A stretch of 64,000 nucleotides of DNA from a virus. Lineage: Duplodnaviria; Heunggongvirae; Uroviricota; Caudoviricetes. The notes beneath the pieces are model-generated. The model was not told the origin of the DNA. It saw only the letters and a program-made list of their open reading frames with translations, and did not search any database. The DNA is taken from positions 5,058 to 69,057 of the IMG/VR virus record IMGVR_UViG_3300019845_000023; one strand, 5' to 3'. The translations under genes were made by a program, and so were the position numbers. Below, piece by piece: positions 37,149 to 45,587 of this stretch; within the stretch, counting starts at the first letter, position 1, and each line of letters begins with the position of its first letter.

Positions 37149-37980
37149 TCTCATTCCTCCAGATTTCGTCGCTTAACGCACGCTTAATGATGAGGAATTT
37201 CTGCTCGTCCATACTGTCAAGAACAGACTGGTCAAAGTTTAGACCCTCTTCTCTGTACTTAGCGAGCCAAGCATCTGCCTCTTCAACGATACGCTTACCA
37301 AGGTCCTTAGCCTGAGCCGCAGAGTAGTTGATTTGTCTATCCTTAACACCAAGGATTTCACCCCAGTATCTCTGCATATTCAAGTCTGAACCCTTAAATG
37401 GGTTAAGAATGTACGCGTAGTCTTCCTGCTTAAATTTTGAAAGCATAGCAAGCAATCTCATTTCGTGAGAGAGCTGCTTTGAAGCATAACCGTACTTCTC
37501 GACTTCCTCGACCTGAACTGGATAAGGGTGGTCAAGAGCATTAAACTTTTCCTTAATCTGACCGACAATAGCCTTTAATGCAGACTCTTCATTTGCGTGT
37601 GCAATAGCGTCCCTATTAAGAATAAACCAGAACATAGGGCTGTAATCTGGATTTACCCAGAACCAGTCTGAGTAAAGAAGCTCAACAAAGTTTGAAGAAC
37701 CCTTCTTCCACTGGTCAACGATAAGACGAATGTCCTTAACATCGACCTGACCGTTGAAAGGCATTTCTTCAACATGGCTTACAGGCTTTGAGTTGAATAC
37801 AATATCCCTCAGTGAAGGAACGACAACTGCCTTGTAATCGTAGTCACTCTTAGGTCGTCTCAGATTGTAGTTCTGAGCACCGTATAGAGCGATAAAGATT
37901 ACATTAAAACCTCTTTTCTGAAGCTCCCTGACTGCAACGTGCATAAGCTCCTCTTCTGGCATTATCACTTTCTCGTCCAT
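37138..37980 (-). CDS. Pol-beta superfamily nucleotidyltransferase
   Basis: YGAQNYNLRRPKSDYDY = hG[GSA]x10SDhDh signature. Confidence 0.5.
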   Translation of the reverse strand: MDEKVIMPEEELMHVAVRELQKRGFNVIFIALYGAQNYNLRRPKSDYDYKAVVVPSLRDIVFNSKPVSHVEEMPFNGQVDVKDIRLIVDQWKKGSSNFVELLYSDWFWVNPDYSPMFWFILNRDAIAHANEESALKAIVGQIKEKFNALDHPYPVQVEEVEKYGYASKQLSHEMRLLAMLSKFKQEDYAYILNPFKGSDLNMQRYWGEILGVKDRQINYSAAQAKDLGKRIVEEADAWLAKYREEGLNFDQSVLDSMDEQKFLIIKRALSDEIWRNENVQ

Positions 37981-38000
37981 TTTCTTCTCTCCTTTCCTTT

Positions 38001-38045
38001 ATTATAATAATATTATATCATAGATTATTTATAAAGTCAAATTTT
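38001..38045 (-). promoter_or_regulatory. promoter block variant
   Basis: TTGACT...TATAAT, upstream half diverged. Confidence 0.45.
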
Positions 38046-38527
38046 TAACTGTATCTGTAAGCTACAAAGATAACGTTATTCTCCTTCTCGACTTCTTCCA
38101 GTGTTTTCTTCATCACTGACCAGTCGCCGCCACCAAGACCGCAACCAAAAAGATAAGGAATAGCTATCGGCATCTGAGCGTAATCAGCAGGAATACATTC
38201 AAGTTCTCTGTAGCCGAGTATCATATCAGTAAAACCGTCCTTTACTGCCTGATAATCTGTATAGCATTTATCTCTGCCATAGTCATCTTGACCAAAGATA
38301 TTCCATATTTCGTGTCCATCTGCGGTCCAAGCACAACCTGTACCTAATGGAGACTTGTGATTGATAGCCCAGTATTCATCAATGAACTCCTTATAGACAT
38401 CAAAGACTTCGGGATAGCGGTCTTTAATTGTCCTTGCTAAGCCGCCGCCCATAACTCCTCGACAGTTTACCTGATGAGCTATAATGTGTACGTCTGTATT
38501 TAAAACATCACCGTGGGTAATTATCAT
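38045..38527 (-). CDS. macro-domain protein (ADP-ribose binding/hydrolase)
   Basis: IIAHQVNCRGVMGGGLA motif. Confidence 0.65.
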   Translation of the reverse strand: MIITHGDVLNTDVHIIAHQVNCRGVMGGGLARTIKDRYPEVFDVYKEFIDEYWAINHKSPLGTGCAWTADGHEIWNIFGQDDYGRDKCYTDYQAVKDGFTDMILGYRELECIPADYAQMPIAIPYLFGCGLGGGDWSVMKKTLEEVEKENNVIFVAYRYS

Positions 38528-38823
38528 TCGTCTTCCTCCTTTATTCCATAATCGTCCCATTCCGCATCATCGGGAATCCAGGTCCAGCTATCTTCAAGGG
38601 CAGTTCGATAAGATGTAACAACTACTCTGTGCTGCTTATATGCAACCGCATTTATATCAAAAGGATGGTCTAATATCCACTTGTCGATATAATCACCGAA
38701 GTCTTCTTCCTCAGATAGCTCATAAAGATTTATAGGGCTTATAGGAGTATCCCTATCTTCAGGCTTTGCAAAGAACCATACCATTAATGTTCTCAATCGG
38801 TCAACCTCCAATTTATGTATCAT
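38524..38823 (-). CDS. hypothetical acidic protein
   Basis: ORF track. Confidence 0.5.
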   Translation of the reverse strand: MIHKLEVDRLRTLMVWFFAKPEDRDTPISPINLYELSEEEDFGDYIDKWILDHPFDINAVAYKQHRVVVTSYRTALEDSWTWIPDDAEWDDYGIKEEDE

Positions 38824-39014
38824 TAGTCCTCCTTAAGTGTCTGCTTGACATCATCAACTGTAAACTTTATACCCATGCCAGTGCTTTTGAGGAAATCTGT
38901 TGCCTTCTTTGTATCCTCTTCAGACTCAATATCTTCATCAAAATAAATGATAAGATACCAGAGCATAAAGATTACAAGTGCCGCCGTAAATAAAATTGCT
39001 ATCATAATCTTCAC
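38823..39014 (-). CDS. small membrane protein
   Basis: TM helix. Confidence 0.45.
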   Translation of the reverse strand: MKIMIAILFTAALVIFMLWYLIIYFDEDIESEEDTKKATDFLKSTGMGIKFTVDDVKQTLKED

Positions 39015-39023
39015 TCCTTTTCA

Positions 39024-39071
39024 CTTTCTATAAATATTATATCATATATAATAAAAAAAGTCAAAGCTTTT
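39024..39071 (-). promoter_or_regulatory. promoter block; -35 lies inside a terminator hairpin
   Basis: same motif. Confidence 0.55.
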
Positions 39072-39082
39072 ATAGCTTTGAC
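39053..39082 (-). terminator. terminator hairpin overlapping promoter -35
   Basis: GUCAAAGC-loop-GCUUUGAC then U-run. Confidence 0.5.
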
Positions 39083-39084
39083 TC

Positions 39085-39351
39085 TTAGAAAATTTTGTAC
39101 GGCGGCACTATAAGGTCGCATCTACCCTCTCCGGACCAGTAAAATCTAATCCACGGTTTGGGTTTACGCCATTCGCCGCCCCAGCCTTCGCTGATTTTTA
39201 TTTGCCTTAGTTTAAGTTCGTCCTTAATTTCAGAAGATAATGGTGGGATATATGCGTTAAAATATATTGTTACGCCACTATACCCATTACAACTTGCCTT
39301 ATCAATCCAATATGCAAGATACTGGTATTGAATATGGTTAATGAGCCCCAT
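39085..39351 (-). CDS. hypothetical protein
   Basis: ORF track. Confidence 0.45.
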   Translation of the reverse strand: MGLINHIQYQYLAYWIDKASCNGYSGVTIYFNAYIPPLSSEIKDELKLRQIKISEGWGGEWRKPKPWIRFYWSGEGRCDLIVPPYKIF

Positions 39352-39937
39352 TACAATTCCTCCATATAAAAAAAATAGAGCAGACTAACGTCTACTCTTT
39401 TAAAACGGTAGTTTTTAAGAACACGATTGCCAGTCAATAGCCTTGACTGTTGGCTTAAACTGTAAAGTATAGCGCAATGCTTCCTTAACTGTTTTACTAT
39501 CATTTGATTGTTCAAAAATAGTTGCTGATGCAATCGTAATATAAGAACTCGACTTCCTGCTGGGTCCACCAGACTTTTCCTTCCATTACCCTGAAGGGGG
39601 ATAGGTTCTTATACCTATAAGCAAGTCGTCATGGTGACTAACCAGTGCCATACCATTTCAGATATGGGAATTTTACTATGACGTTTCCGACGCATCGGAT
39701 TCGCCGTCACCCTGTCCGAAGACCATAGGTGACTTCCTGTTATCTAAATTCATATCAAATCTATTATAGAAGATTGCTGATAGAAGTCGAAACCATTTTT
39801 TATTTTAACGAGGGCGCGGCACCACGTCCTCATCTTGCTCAGTGAGCTTTCTTTATTTATAGGACGTTGCTCTACGTCCATTCTCTCGTAAGTCAATACG
39901 AAGACTATTGCCCTCGTACTGTTGTATTTATAAGTGG

Positions 39938-39962
39938 GATTTTACTCCCACCCATACAACAT
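39938..39962 (-). terminator. hairpin after the vWA gene
   Basis: GUGGGA-GUAAAAU-CCCAC then UUAUAAAU. Confidence 0.3.
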
Positions 39963-39967
39963 TTTCA

Positions 39968-41431
39968 TTACTTCCAAGAATATACATCCTTAGAAAGTAT
40001 CTTGACCATAGCCTCATAAGCATTGCACTCGATGAGTTCTCTAAGGTCATTGAATGGACCTACACCAGAACCGCTGCAGTAACTGATGTTATCGTAGATA
40101 GTACCGATGTAGTTGTCCTGACGTGCCTCAACATTCCAGCTTACGACCTTAGTCTCAGGGAGACCAGCCTCGCGAAGCTTCTTGTTCCACTTACCGACAA
40201 TGGAGTCAGCAGTGTCTGGACGTACGTCGTAGTCGAACTGACCGTCTGATATAACTACAAGAGCCTTTGGAACCTCGCGGGTTCTTACAGCAGTCTTATA
40301 GATAAGCTCGAAAGCCTTATCAAGGTTAGTGTTGTAACCCATGTCAGTTGACATTACCTTTCTAAGACACTCCTCAAGTCCCCAGCTATCCTCGAGGGAT
40401 ATGAAGTGAGGATTGTTAGTGAATGTCATATAAAGGTTGTGGTATGCACCCTTATTACGCTGAGCGAAGTAAGTTGCAAGACCAACAGAAGTTGCCATAG
40501 GCTGACCTAACATGGAGCCAGATACATCTGCCATTACGACAACATCGTACTCTCCGCTAACGTAGTTAGGAAGAGCCTTCCACTGAGCTTCGTCTACAGG
40601 GTCAAGATGGTAACGAGAGCTACCATACATATACTTGTACACGATGTCGTATGGGTAAAGAGTAGAAGCATTTACCTTAGCCTCGCCCTTTTCAAGGGAA
40701 GCCTTGTAAGCTGCAAATCTCTCCTGACAACGCTTGTTGTAAGTCTTGATATATCTGCTCATTGCAACAGATGGAACAGACTGGAAGTCTATCTCATCCC
40801 ACTTACCAGCAGACATCTTTGTCTCGACGACGCCGATGTGTGCACGAAGCTTTGCAAGAGTCTTACGATATGTACGCTCGGTAAGACCGAGGTAACGACA
40901 AGCTCTACGACCAAGCTTACGAGTCTCCTGAGAAGAAGTATTGATAGATGGCATCCACTTAGCAAGGATGGAGATAGGCTGGTTCTTAGCCATACCCTCT
41001 GCATCAGCACGAAGCTGCTTGGAGATAAACTCCCATACCTTTGCCTCAATTACTGGATACTTTCCGTTAAGGAAGATGAAAAGGTCATCCCATCTACCTG
41101 TATCAACAATGGTCTGAAGATTGCGGACAATCTTCTGAGGGTCGATACGACCGAGTTCTGCAAGCAGAATACGACCGATACGTCTCTCACCAAGACCACA
41201 GTCTCTGATGTTACGAGCGTAAAGGATAAGGTTATCTGCAAGAGTAGGGTTCTCCTGTCTTGCTGCCTTCCAATCGCTGATTATAGCGGAAGCATCTCTC
41301 TTTCTCATACCACCTATCTTTGCATAGATGTCAAGAAGAGCGCCGCCGTTTGTTGAACTATATGCGAGTCCACCGTTTTCGGTAAGTGTCTGATTAGCCA
41401 TTGCCTTAGCTGCGTTTACGAAATTACTCAT
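39968..41431 (-). CDS. vWA-domain protein with large N-terminal domain (possible TROVE/Ro60-like)
   Basis: MIDAS motif DVSGSM; vWA fold at C-terminus; N-terminal helical domain; start at MSNF after GGAGAG RBS. Confidence 0.6.
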   Translation of the reverse strand: MSNFVNAAKAMANQTLTENGGLAYSSTNGGALLDIYAKIGGMRKRDASAIISDWKAARQENPTLADNLILYARNIRDCGLGERRIGRILLAELGRIDPQKIVRNLQTIVDTGRWDDLFIFLNGKYPVIEAKVWEFISKQLRADAEGMAKNQPISILAKWMPSINTSSQETRKLGRRACRYLGLTERTYRKTLAKLRAHIGVVETKMSAGKWDEIDFQSVPSVAMSRYIKTYNKRCQERFAAYKASLEKGEAKVNASTLYPYDIVYKYMYGSSRYHLDPVDEAQWKALPNYVSGEYDVVVMADVSGSMLGQPMATSVGLATYFAQRNKGAYHNLYMTFTNNPHFISLEDSWGLEECLRKVMSTDMGYNTNLDKAFELIYKTAVRTREVPKALVVISDGQFDYDVRPDTADSIVGKWNKKLREAGLPETKVVSWNVEARQDNYIGTIYDNISYCSGSGVGPFNDLRELIECNAYEAMVKILSKDVYSWK

Positions 41432-41470
41432 TACACATCTCTCCTTCAAGATAATTATTTTTGTTTGCTG

Positions 41471-41523
41471 TTTTTATCTTACTTATATATTATACTATAA
41501 AATATAATTTTTGTCAAATATTT
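41471..41523 (-). promoter_or_regulatory. promoter block variant (TTGACA...TATAAT)
   Basis: diverged block. Confidence 0.45.
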
Positions 41524-42076
41524 AATTGCACCTGTCTTCGTAAAAGGTTGCTACCCTACGAAAAATAGAGTCTGGCGCCGCCACAAATTCCTTCTGCCAC
41601 TCTCTTTTGAAAGTTTTGAAGTATTCATCGACTTCCATATCGCCGAAAACATAAACTCTTATATTATTTCGTCTTGAGAAAACTTGTCTATGATAGACTA
41701 TCTCCTTAAAGACTTCTAAGTCTCGCTTATCCTTAATCGAAATCGTAAGTCCATCAATGCCCCAGAGGTTCTTTTCTCTTTTATAAAGATACTCATATAA
41801 CTCATAAGCATTGGTATAAACATACACCTTTTTGATATTAGGATAAGTTCCTTTTAAAAAGGAAGCTGTCATACAAGGGTCTGCATATGCAAATGGTTCG
41901 CCGCCCGTCAAGAAAATGTTTTCAGCTTCTTCAAGCTCTTCATTCGTAACGACGGGAATTTCATTTACATTATACTGCTTATTGCAACAAAGCGGGCAAT
42001 TTCTATCACAACGATTTGTAATCATTATGTGAATATTACGCTTCGTTATATCTGTCTTTTCATTTAATTGAGCCAT
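41522..42076 (-). CDS. small radical-SAM enzyme (NrdG/QueE-like)
   Basis: CDRNCPLC = CxxxCxxC cluster; GGEP motif. Confidence 0.6.
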   Translation of the reverse strand: MAQLNEKTDITKRNIHIMITNRCDRNCPLCCNKQYNVNEIPVVTNEELEEAENIFLTGGEPFAYADPCMTASFLKGTYPNIKKVYVYTNAYELYEYLYKREKNLWGIDGLTISIKDKRDLEVFKEIVYHRQVFSRRNNIRVYVFGDMEVDEYFKTFKREWQKEFVAAPDSIFRRVATFYEDRCN

Positions 42077-42099
42077 TTAAACTCGTCCTTTCCATTTGA

Positions 42100-42146
42100 T
42101 TTTCTATAAATATTATACTATATTTTATAAAAAAAGTCAAATTTTT
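42100..42146 (-). promoter_or_regulatory. consensus promoter block
   Basis: same motif. Confidence 0.6.
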
Positions 42147-42150
42147 GAGG

Positions 42151-42181
42151 GAAAAATAAGGGCAACGTCGCAACGCTACCC
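42151..42181 (-). terminator. terminator after tRNA-Ser and the tRNA-like RNA
   Basis: GGGUAGCGUUGC..GUUGCCC then UUAUUUUU. Confidence 0.4.
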
Positions 42182-42224
42182 TTACTCAGCTTTCGCTGAT
42201 GGTATCAATTTAAACACGATAGGT

Positions 42225-42316
42225 TTGTGGCGGACCGCCGCCTGTATAAACGGGGGAGTCGAACCCCACGTAACCAATTTCTGAGGGTTTACATTTGGTT
42301 TGCTGAACTATCGTTA
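42225..42316 (-). ncRNA. tRNA-like RNA (T-arm plus acceptor minihelix) between tRNA-Ser and a terminator
   Basis: GGGGUUCGACUCCCC T-arm; acceptor UGUAAAC/GUUUAUA; no D or anticodon arms. Confidence 0.3.
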
Positions 42317-42408
42317 TGGCGACGAAGTGAGGTGTCGAGCCCCATACCGCTCATCACGGTACCAACTGCTTTCAAGGCAGTGCTCAAGGCCGCTTGAGAT
42401 ACTCCGCC
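42317..42408 (-). tRNA. tRNA-Ser (TGA), class II
   Basis: stem ACUGC/GCAGU; loop CUUGAAA; long variable arm; CCA encoded. Confidence 0.55.
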
Positions 42409-42431
42409 ATTATCAAGATACGTTTTTTTCT

Positions 42432-42462
42432 CGTGCCTCTGCCAATTGGGCTACTCCCCGAT
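42432..42462 (-). other. orphan tRNA 5' half (acceptor plus D-arm) fused to leader module AAAAAAACGUAUCUUGAUAAU
   Basis: CGGGGAGUAGCCCAAUUGGCAGAGGC, same D-arm as tRNA 43542-43618. Confidence 0.4.
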
Positions 42463-42620
42463 ATGCTGCCCGAGACAGGAATCGAACCGTTACCCTCCGC
42501 CTTCTTCAGGCGGCGTGCACACCTATGCACTACAAGGGCAGTCTGGTCGGGGAGGATGGGATTCGAACCCACACTCATCGTGCTCCTAACGCATTAATTG
42601 AGTAGCTGACGTATCTTTAT
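42463..42620 (-). other. two degenerate tRNA-like segments (G33 loop, broken T-stem; 3' half without partner)
   Basis: partial cloverleaf elements only. Confidence 0.3.
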
Positions 42621-42696
42621 TGGTGCCGAGGGGGAGAGTCGAACTCCCTACGCCAAGCTCTTCAGGCTTGCGCTCTACCAGTTGAGCTACCTCGGC
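42621..42696 (-). tRNA. tRNA-Phe (GAA), second copy
   Basis: perfect acceptor; loop CUGAAGA. Confidence 0.6.
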
Positions 42697-42720
42697 ATTA
42701 TCAAGACAGTTATACTTATA

Positions 42721-42828
42721 AACTCTACCCGTTGAGCTACGCGACGCGAACGCCACGGTGGGATTCGAACCCACATCCCCCTTTGTGCAAAAAAGAAAAA
42801 GTTTTAAGTGTTTTGCTGAACTGCCTTA
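42721..42828 (-). other. orphan tRNA 5' half next to orphan T-arm/acceptor fragment
   Basis: GCGUCGCGUAGCUCAACGGGUAGAGU then UUAUAAG...UGUCUUGAUAAU. Confidence 0.3.
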
Positions 42829-42829
42829 T

Positions 42830-42906
42830 TGGTCGGGGCGGTGGGATTCGAACCCACAGAATCGTGATTTTGAGTCACGCACGTTTACCAGTTACGTCAC
42901 GCCCCG
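42830..42906 (-). tRNA. class-I-shaped tRNA with Leu anticodon CAA
   Basis: 5-nt variable loop; loop CUCAAAA; A73. Confidence 0.5.
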
Positions 42907-43033
42907 ATATAAAATGCAAAATATGAAGAGGATACCACACCCTGCAGAGGCCCATATTTATTTATATCCCGCACCATAAGCTTCTTCGCGCTTCAATCCG
43001 TCGACTGTCCTCATGGCCATCCGTGCGGTTTTC

Positions 43034-43109
43034 TGGGTGGAAAGATGAGATTCGAACTCACACCTTCATGGGCCACAACCATGCGCTCTACCATTAAGCT
43101 ACTCACCAC
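43034..43109 (-). tRNA. tRNA-His (GTG) with encoded G-1
   Basis: loop UUGUGGC; C73; extra 5' G. Confidence 0.6.
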
Positions 43110-43143
43110 ATCAATTCCGACTTTAACCCAAGTCGGCAGGGTT

Positions 43144-43176
43144 AAATAAAACCAAATCTGCCTCCACACAGTGGAG
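43144..43176 (-). terminator. rho-independent terminator inside tRNA array 2
   Basis: CUCCAC-UGU-GUGGAG then GCAGAUUUGGUUUUAUUU. Confidence 0.45.
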
Positions 43177-43216
43177 TTAGCTGTAGACAATAGCACTGAA
43201 CATAACTATTCCTACT

Positions 43217-43292
43217 TGGTCTCGGTTATAGGACTCGAACCTATGACTTTCTCCTTGTAAGGGAGACACTCTCGCCGCTGAGTTAAACCGAG
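43217..43292 (-). tRNA. tRNA-Val (TAC)
   Basis: loop CUUACAA. Confidence 0.65.
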
Positions 43293-43321
43293 ATTATCAA
43301 GACTCTCTATACCTTGCGGTT

Positions 43322-43394
43322 CCGGAAGGGGGATTCGAACCCCCATATGTACGATTTTAGGTCGTATGACTTAGCCACTTTGTCTATTCTGGAA
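43322..43394 (-). tRNA. class-I-shaped tRNA with anticodon TAA and C33
   Basis: loop CCUAAAA; no encoded CCA. Confidence 0.4.
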
Positions 43395-43541
43395 AGGAAT
43401 ATTGCTGAAGAGTCTTTATTTGGTTCGGGTATGCTTATCGGAGTCAAGTACTCGCAGTTCCTCTTTCGAGGTATTTTCTTCGGAGTAAAGACCTTAAGGT
43501 TCGCGTAACCTCTCGTGCCCTAACCCATATCCGAAACCCGA

Positions 43542-43618
43542 TGGTGCCGTTAGAGGGACTCGAACCCACACTAACCAGTTCCTAAGACTGGCGCCTCTGC
43601 CAATTGGGCTATAACGGC
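43542..43618 (-). tRNA. class-I-shaped tRNA with Leu anticodon TAG
   Basis: perfect acceptor; loop CUUAGGA. Confidence 0.5.
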
Positions 43619-43682
43619 ATTGTTAAACAGTTCGAGTTACGGTCAAACTGAAGGTAAGCACCGATTAAGCAGCCAGATACTC

Positions 43683-43913
43683 CTATTCAGAATAATCAAG
43701 CTTTTCAATTCTTTTCATATCGGAATATGTAACCTGCTTCCAACCACTCTTAGGGTGGTTAAAGGCACACATCCAGCAGGAACAATGAATTTTACCTTTG
43801 GCTAACTTTCCGTCGCAATCACAAAACCAATGATGAGTTTCATCAATGATATGTCTTTTGCGAGCTATGTGTTGTCTTCTCTGATAACGATAGTATGCTC
43901 TATCTCTTTCCAT
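43683..43913 (-). CDS. Cys/His-rich small protein
   Basis: ORF track; embedded in tRNA array. Confidence 0.4.
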   Translation of the reverse strand: MERDRAYYRYQRRQHIARKRHIIDETHHWFCDCDGKLAKGKIHCSCWMCAFNHPKSGWKQVTYSDMKRIEKLDYSE

Positions 43914-44053
43914 TGTGCCGCCCTCCGAAAAATTATAATAACGAATATAGGCAACCCACTACTTACTTTCCTTACCAGCGTAAATTAAGCACCTTCGCTA
44001 CGTATTGCTACTACCTCAGTATTTAATTTACTATGCCCTTCCCTCGATATTCG

Positions 44054-44575
44054 TTACTTAGTAATTCTGTTTGCGATACCAGAAGCAGCGTAGCTGTCTG
44101 GCTTGATAGCAACCTCGAAGCCGCAAGTCTTAATCCAAGAGGTAATCTCAGTAATAAGCTGATTTGTCTTACCTGCGTGACCAATGTCAGCGTGGACAGC
44201 GAAAGTAAATCTTCCGTCATTAGACATTTGCTCAAGGTCAATATCATAGTCGATAAGAGCATAAGCAAGAGCATCTACGAAACCTGTTGCGTTCTCAATA
44301 GAACGAGAAGTCTCTTCCTGTATCTTAGTCTTAAGAACTCTTATCTTTGGTATATCTTGCTTGCGATAGAAGAAAATGCCGCCATCACCGATACGGTGAA
44401 CAGCAATTACTTCCACCATTCTTGTGCACTTGTGGTTCTGGCTATCTGTACCCACAGTTATTTCGTATGAGGCGTTAGGTGCCTTTGCGATGTAGTCGGC
44501 TACAATAGAGCCTATCTGTGAATAACGAACCTTCTCACCATTACCACGAGTAAATATCTTCTCGGTAATCACGGT
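44054..44575 (-). CDS. hypothetical protein (possible RNase H-like fold)
   Basis: ORF; probable GTG start after AAGGAG. Confidence 0.4.
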   Translation of the reverse strand, partial: TVITEKIFTRGNGEKVRYSQIGSIVADYIAKAPNASYEITVGTDSQNHKCTRMVEVIAVHRIGDGGIFFYRKQDIPKIRVLKTKIQEETSRSIENATGFVDALAYALIDYDIDLEQMSNDGRFTFAVHADIGHAGKTNQLITEITSWIKTCGFEVAIKPDSYAASGIANRITK

Positions 44576-44728
44576 TAATCTCTCCTTTATATTCAAATAT
44601 TCAAGACAGTTATGTTAGCTACCTTTTGATTAAAATTCAAATGCTTTTAAAGAATTGCTGGACTGTCTTAGTGGTGATAATACGTGCCGCGGCACCACAG
44701 ACCGCTATATGTGGTCGCACGTATTCTC

Positions 44729-44815
44729 TGGTCGGCTCGGTGGGACTCGAACCCACACGCCCTTGCGGGCACCAGCTCCTTAGGCTGGCGCGTCTGCCAA
44801 TTCCGCCACGAGCCG
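44729..44815 (-). tRNA. tRNA-Leu (AAG), class II
   Basis: long variable arm GCCC-UUGC-GGGC; loop CUAAGGA. Confidence 0.55.
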
Positions 44816-44883
44816 ATTTATCAAGACTCATCTTGTGTTTTTATATGCCCAAAAAACTTTCAGAGTTGCTGCTGAGTCTTATC

Positions 44884-44960
44884 TGGTCGGAGATGCGGGA
44901 CTCGAACCCACGGCCTCTCGCTCCCAAGGCGAGCGCTCTACCAAACTGAGCTAATCCCCG
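44884..44960 (-). tRNA. tRNA-Pro (TGG), second copy
   Basis: loop CUUGGGA. Confidence 0.6.
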
Positions 44961-45030
44961 ATTAATTGGCGGCTTCAGGGACGCTACAAGATAACCAACC
45001 GCCAGAGTTATCACGCACTTAATGTCCCAA

Positions 45031-45107
45031 TGGTCGGCGAGATGGGATTCGAACCCACACTGAATGGATTTTAAGTCCATTGCCTCTGCCTGTTGCGCTA
45101 CTCGCCG
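45031..45107 (-). tRNA. class-I-shaped tRNA with Leu anticodon TAA
   Basis: perfect acceptor; loop CUUAAAA. Confidence 0.5.
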
Positions 45108-45174
45108 ATAAGCCTATTAAATAGGCTACAAGATATAACCCCTTTTACCGCGGGGCAGTCTCCCCAATATAATT

Positions 45175-45227
45175 GGTTGGGGAGATAGGAATTGAACCTA
45201 CAAAAGTGAGTTGCTGATATATCTTAG
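45175..45227 (-). other. orphan tRNA 3' fragment (T-arm plus acceptor CUCCCCA-A-CCA)
   Basis: GUAGGUUCAAUUCCUAU T-arm without a 5' partner. Confidence 0.3.
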
Positions 45228-45303
45228 TGGTCACGCCAGCGAGGCTCGAACTCGCATTTTAGCCTTGAAAGAGCTACTTCCTACACCTGTTAGAAGATGG
45301 CGC
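45228..45303 (-). tRNA. tRNA-Glu (TTC)
   Basis: loop CUUUCAA; Glu-like D region. Confidence 0.5.
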
Positions 45304-45324
45304 GATTCATCAAGATGTGCTTTT

Positions 45325-45400
45325 ACCTCTCATGAGGATTTGAACCTTACCGTCCCCTTTTTGGGGCTGTGCTACCAGATTACACCATAACGCCGAGAGG
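45325..45400 (-). tRNA. tRNA-like gene with atypical anticodon arm (CCCC-AAAAA-GGGG)
   Basis: good acceptor and T-arm; anticodon not assignable. Confidence 0.35.
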
Positions 45401-45456
45401 ATTTAAAATGGCGGCGTTAAAAACTTTAAAGAAAAAGTTGCTGACACATCTTTATT

Positions 45457-45530
45457 TGGTTGCGCAGACAGGACTCGAACCTATATCAACGGATAATGAC
45501 TCCGTTATGCTACCTTTGCACTACCGCGCG
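45457..45530 (-). tRNA. tRNA-Met-like (CAT) with C1-A72 mismatch (initiator-like?)
   Basis: stem ACGGA/UCCGU; loop GUCAUUA. Confidence 0.45.
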
Positions 45531-45539
45531 TTCTCTTTA

Positions 45540-45587
45540 TTTTCTATAATTATTATAGCATAAATTATAAAAAATGTCAAATTTTTG
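45540..45587 (-). promoter_or_regulatory. promoter block TTGACA-17-TATAAT within tRNA array
   Basis: AAATTTGACATTTTTTATAATTTATGCTATAAT. Confidence 0.6.

Noticed and set aside
39360-39965. RNase P RNA, because of a GGAAGGAAAAGUCUGG segment
   Set aside because: The complementary P4 strand and the other universal RNase P motifs were not found. The region is left as an unassigned ncRNA candidate.
42241-42410. A single 190-nt tRNA (Sec-like or intron-containing) spanning 42222-42410
   Set aside because: It resolves better as a 92-nt class II tRNA-Ser(UGA) with encoded CCA, plus a separate downstream T-arm/acceptor minihelix RNA.
43620-43700. Plus-strand tRNA suggested by a GTTCGAGT segment
   Set aside because: It has no complementary T-stem or acceptor, and it lies within the 5' region of the minus-strand Cys/His-rich ORF.
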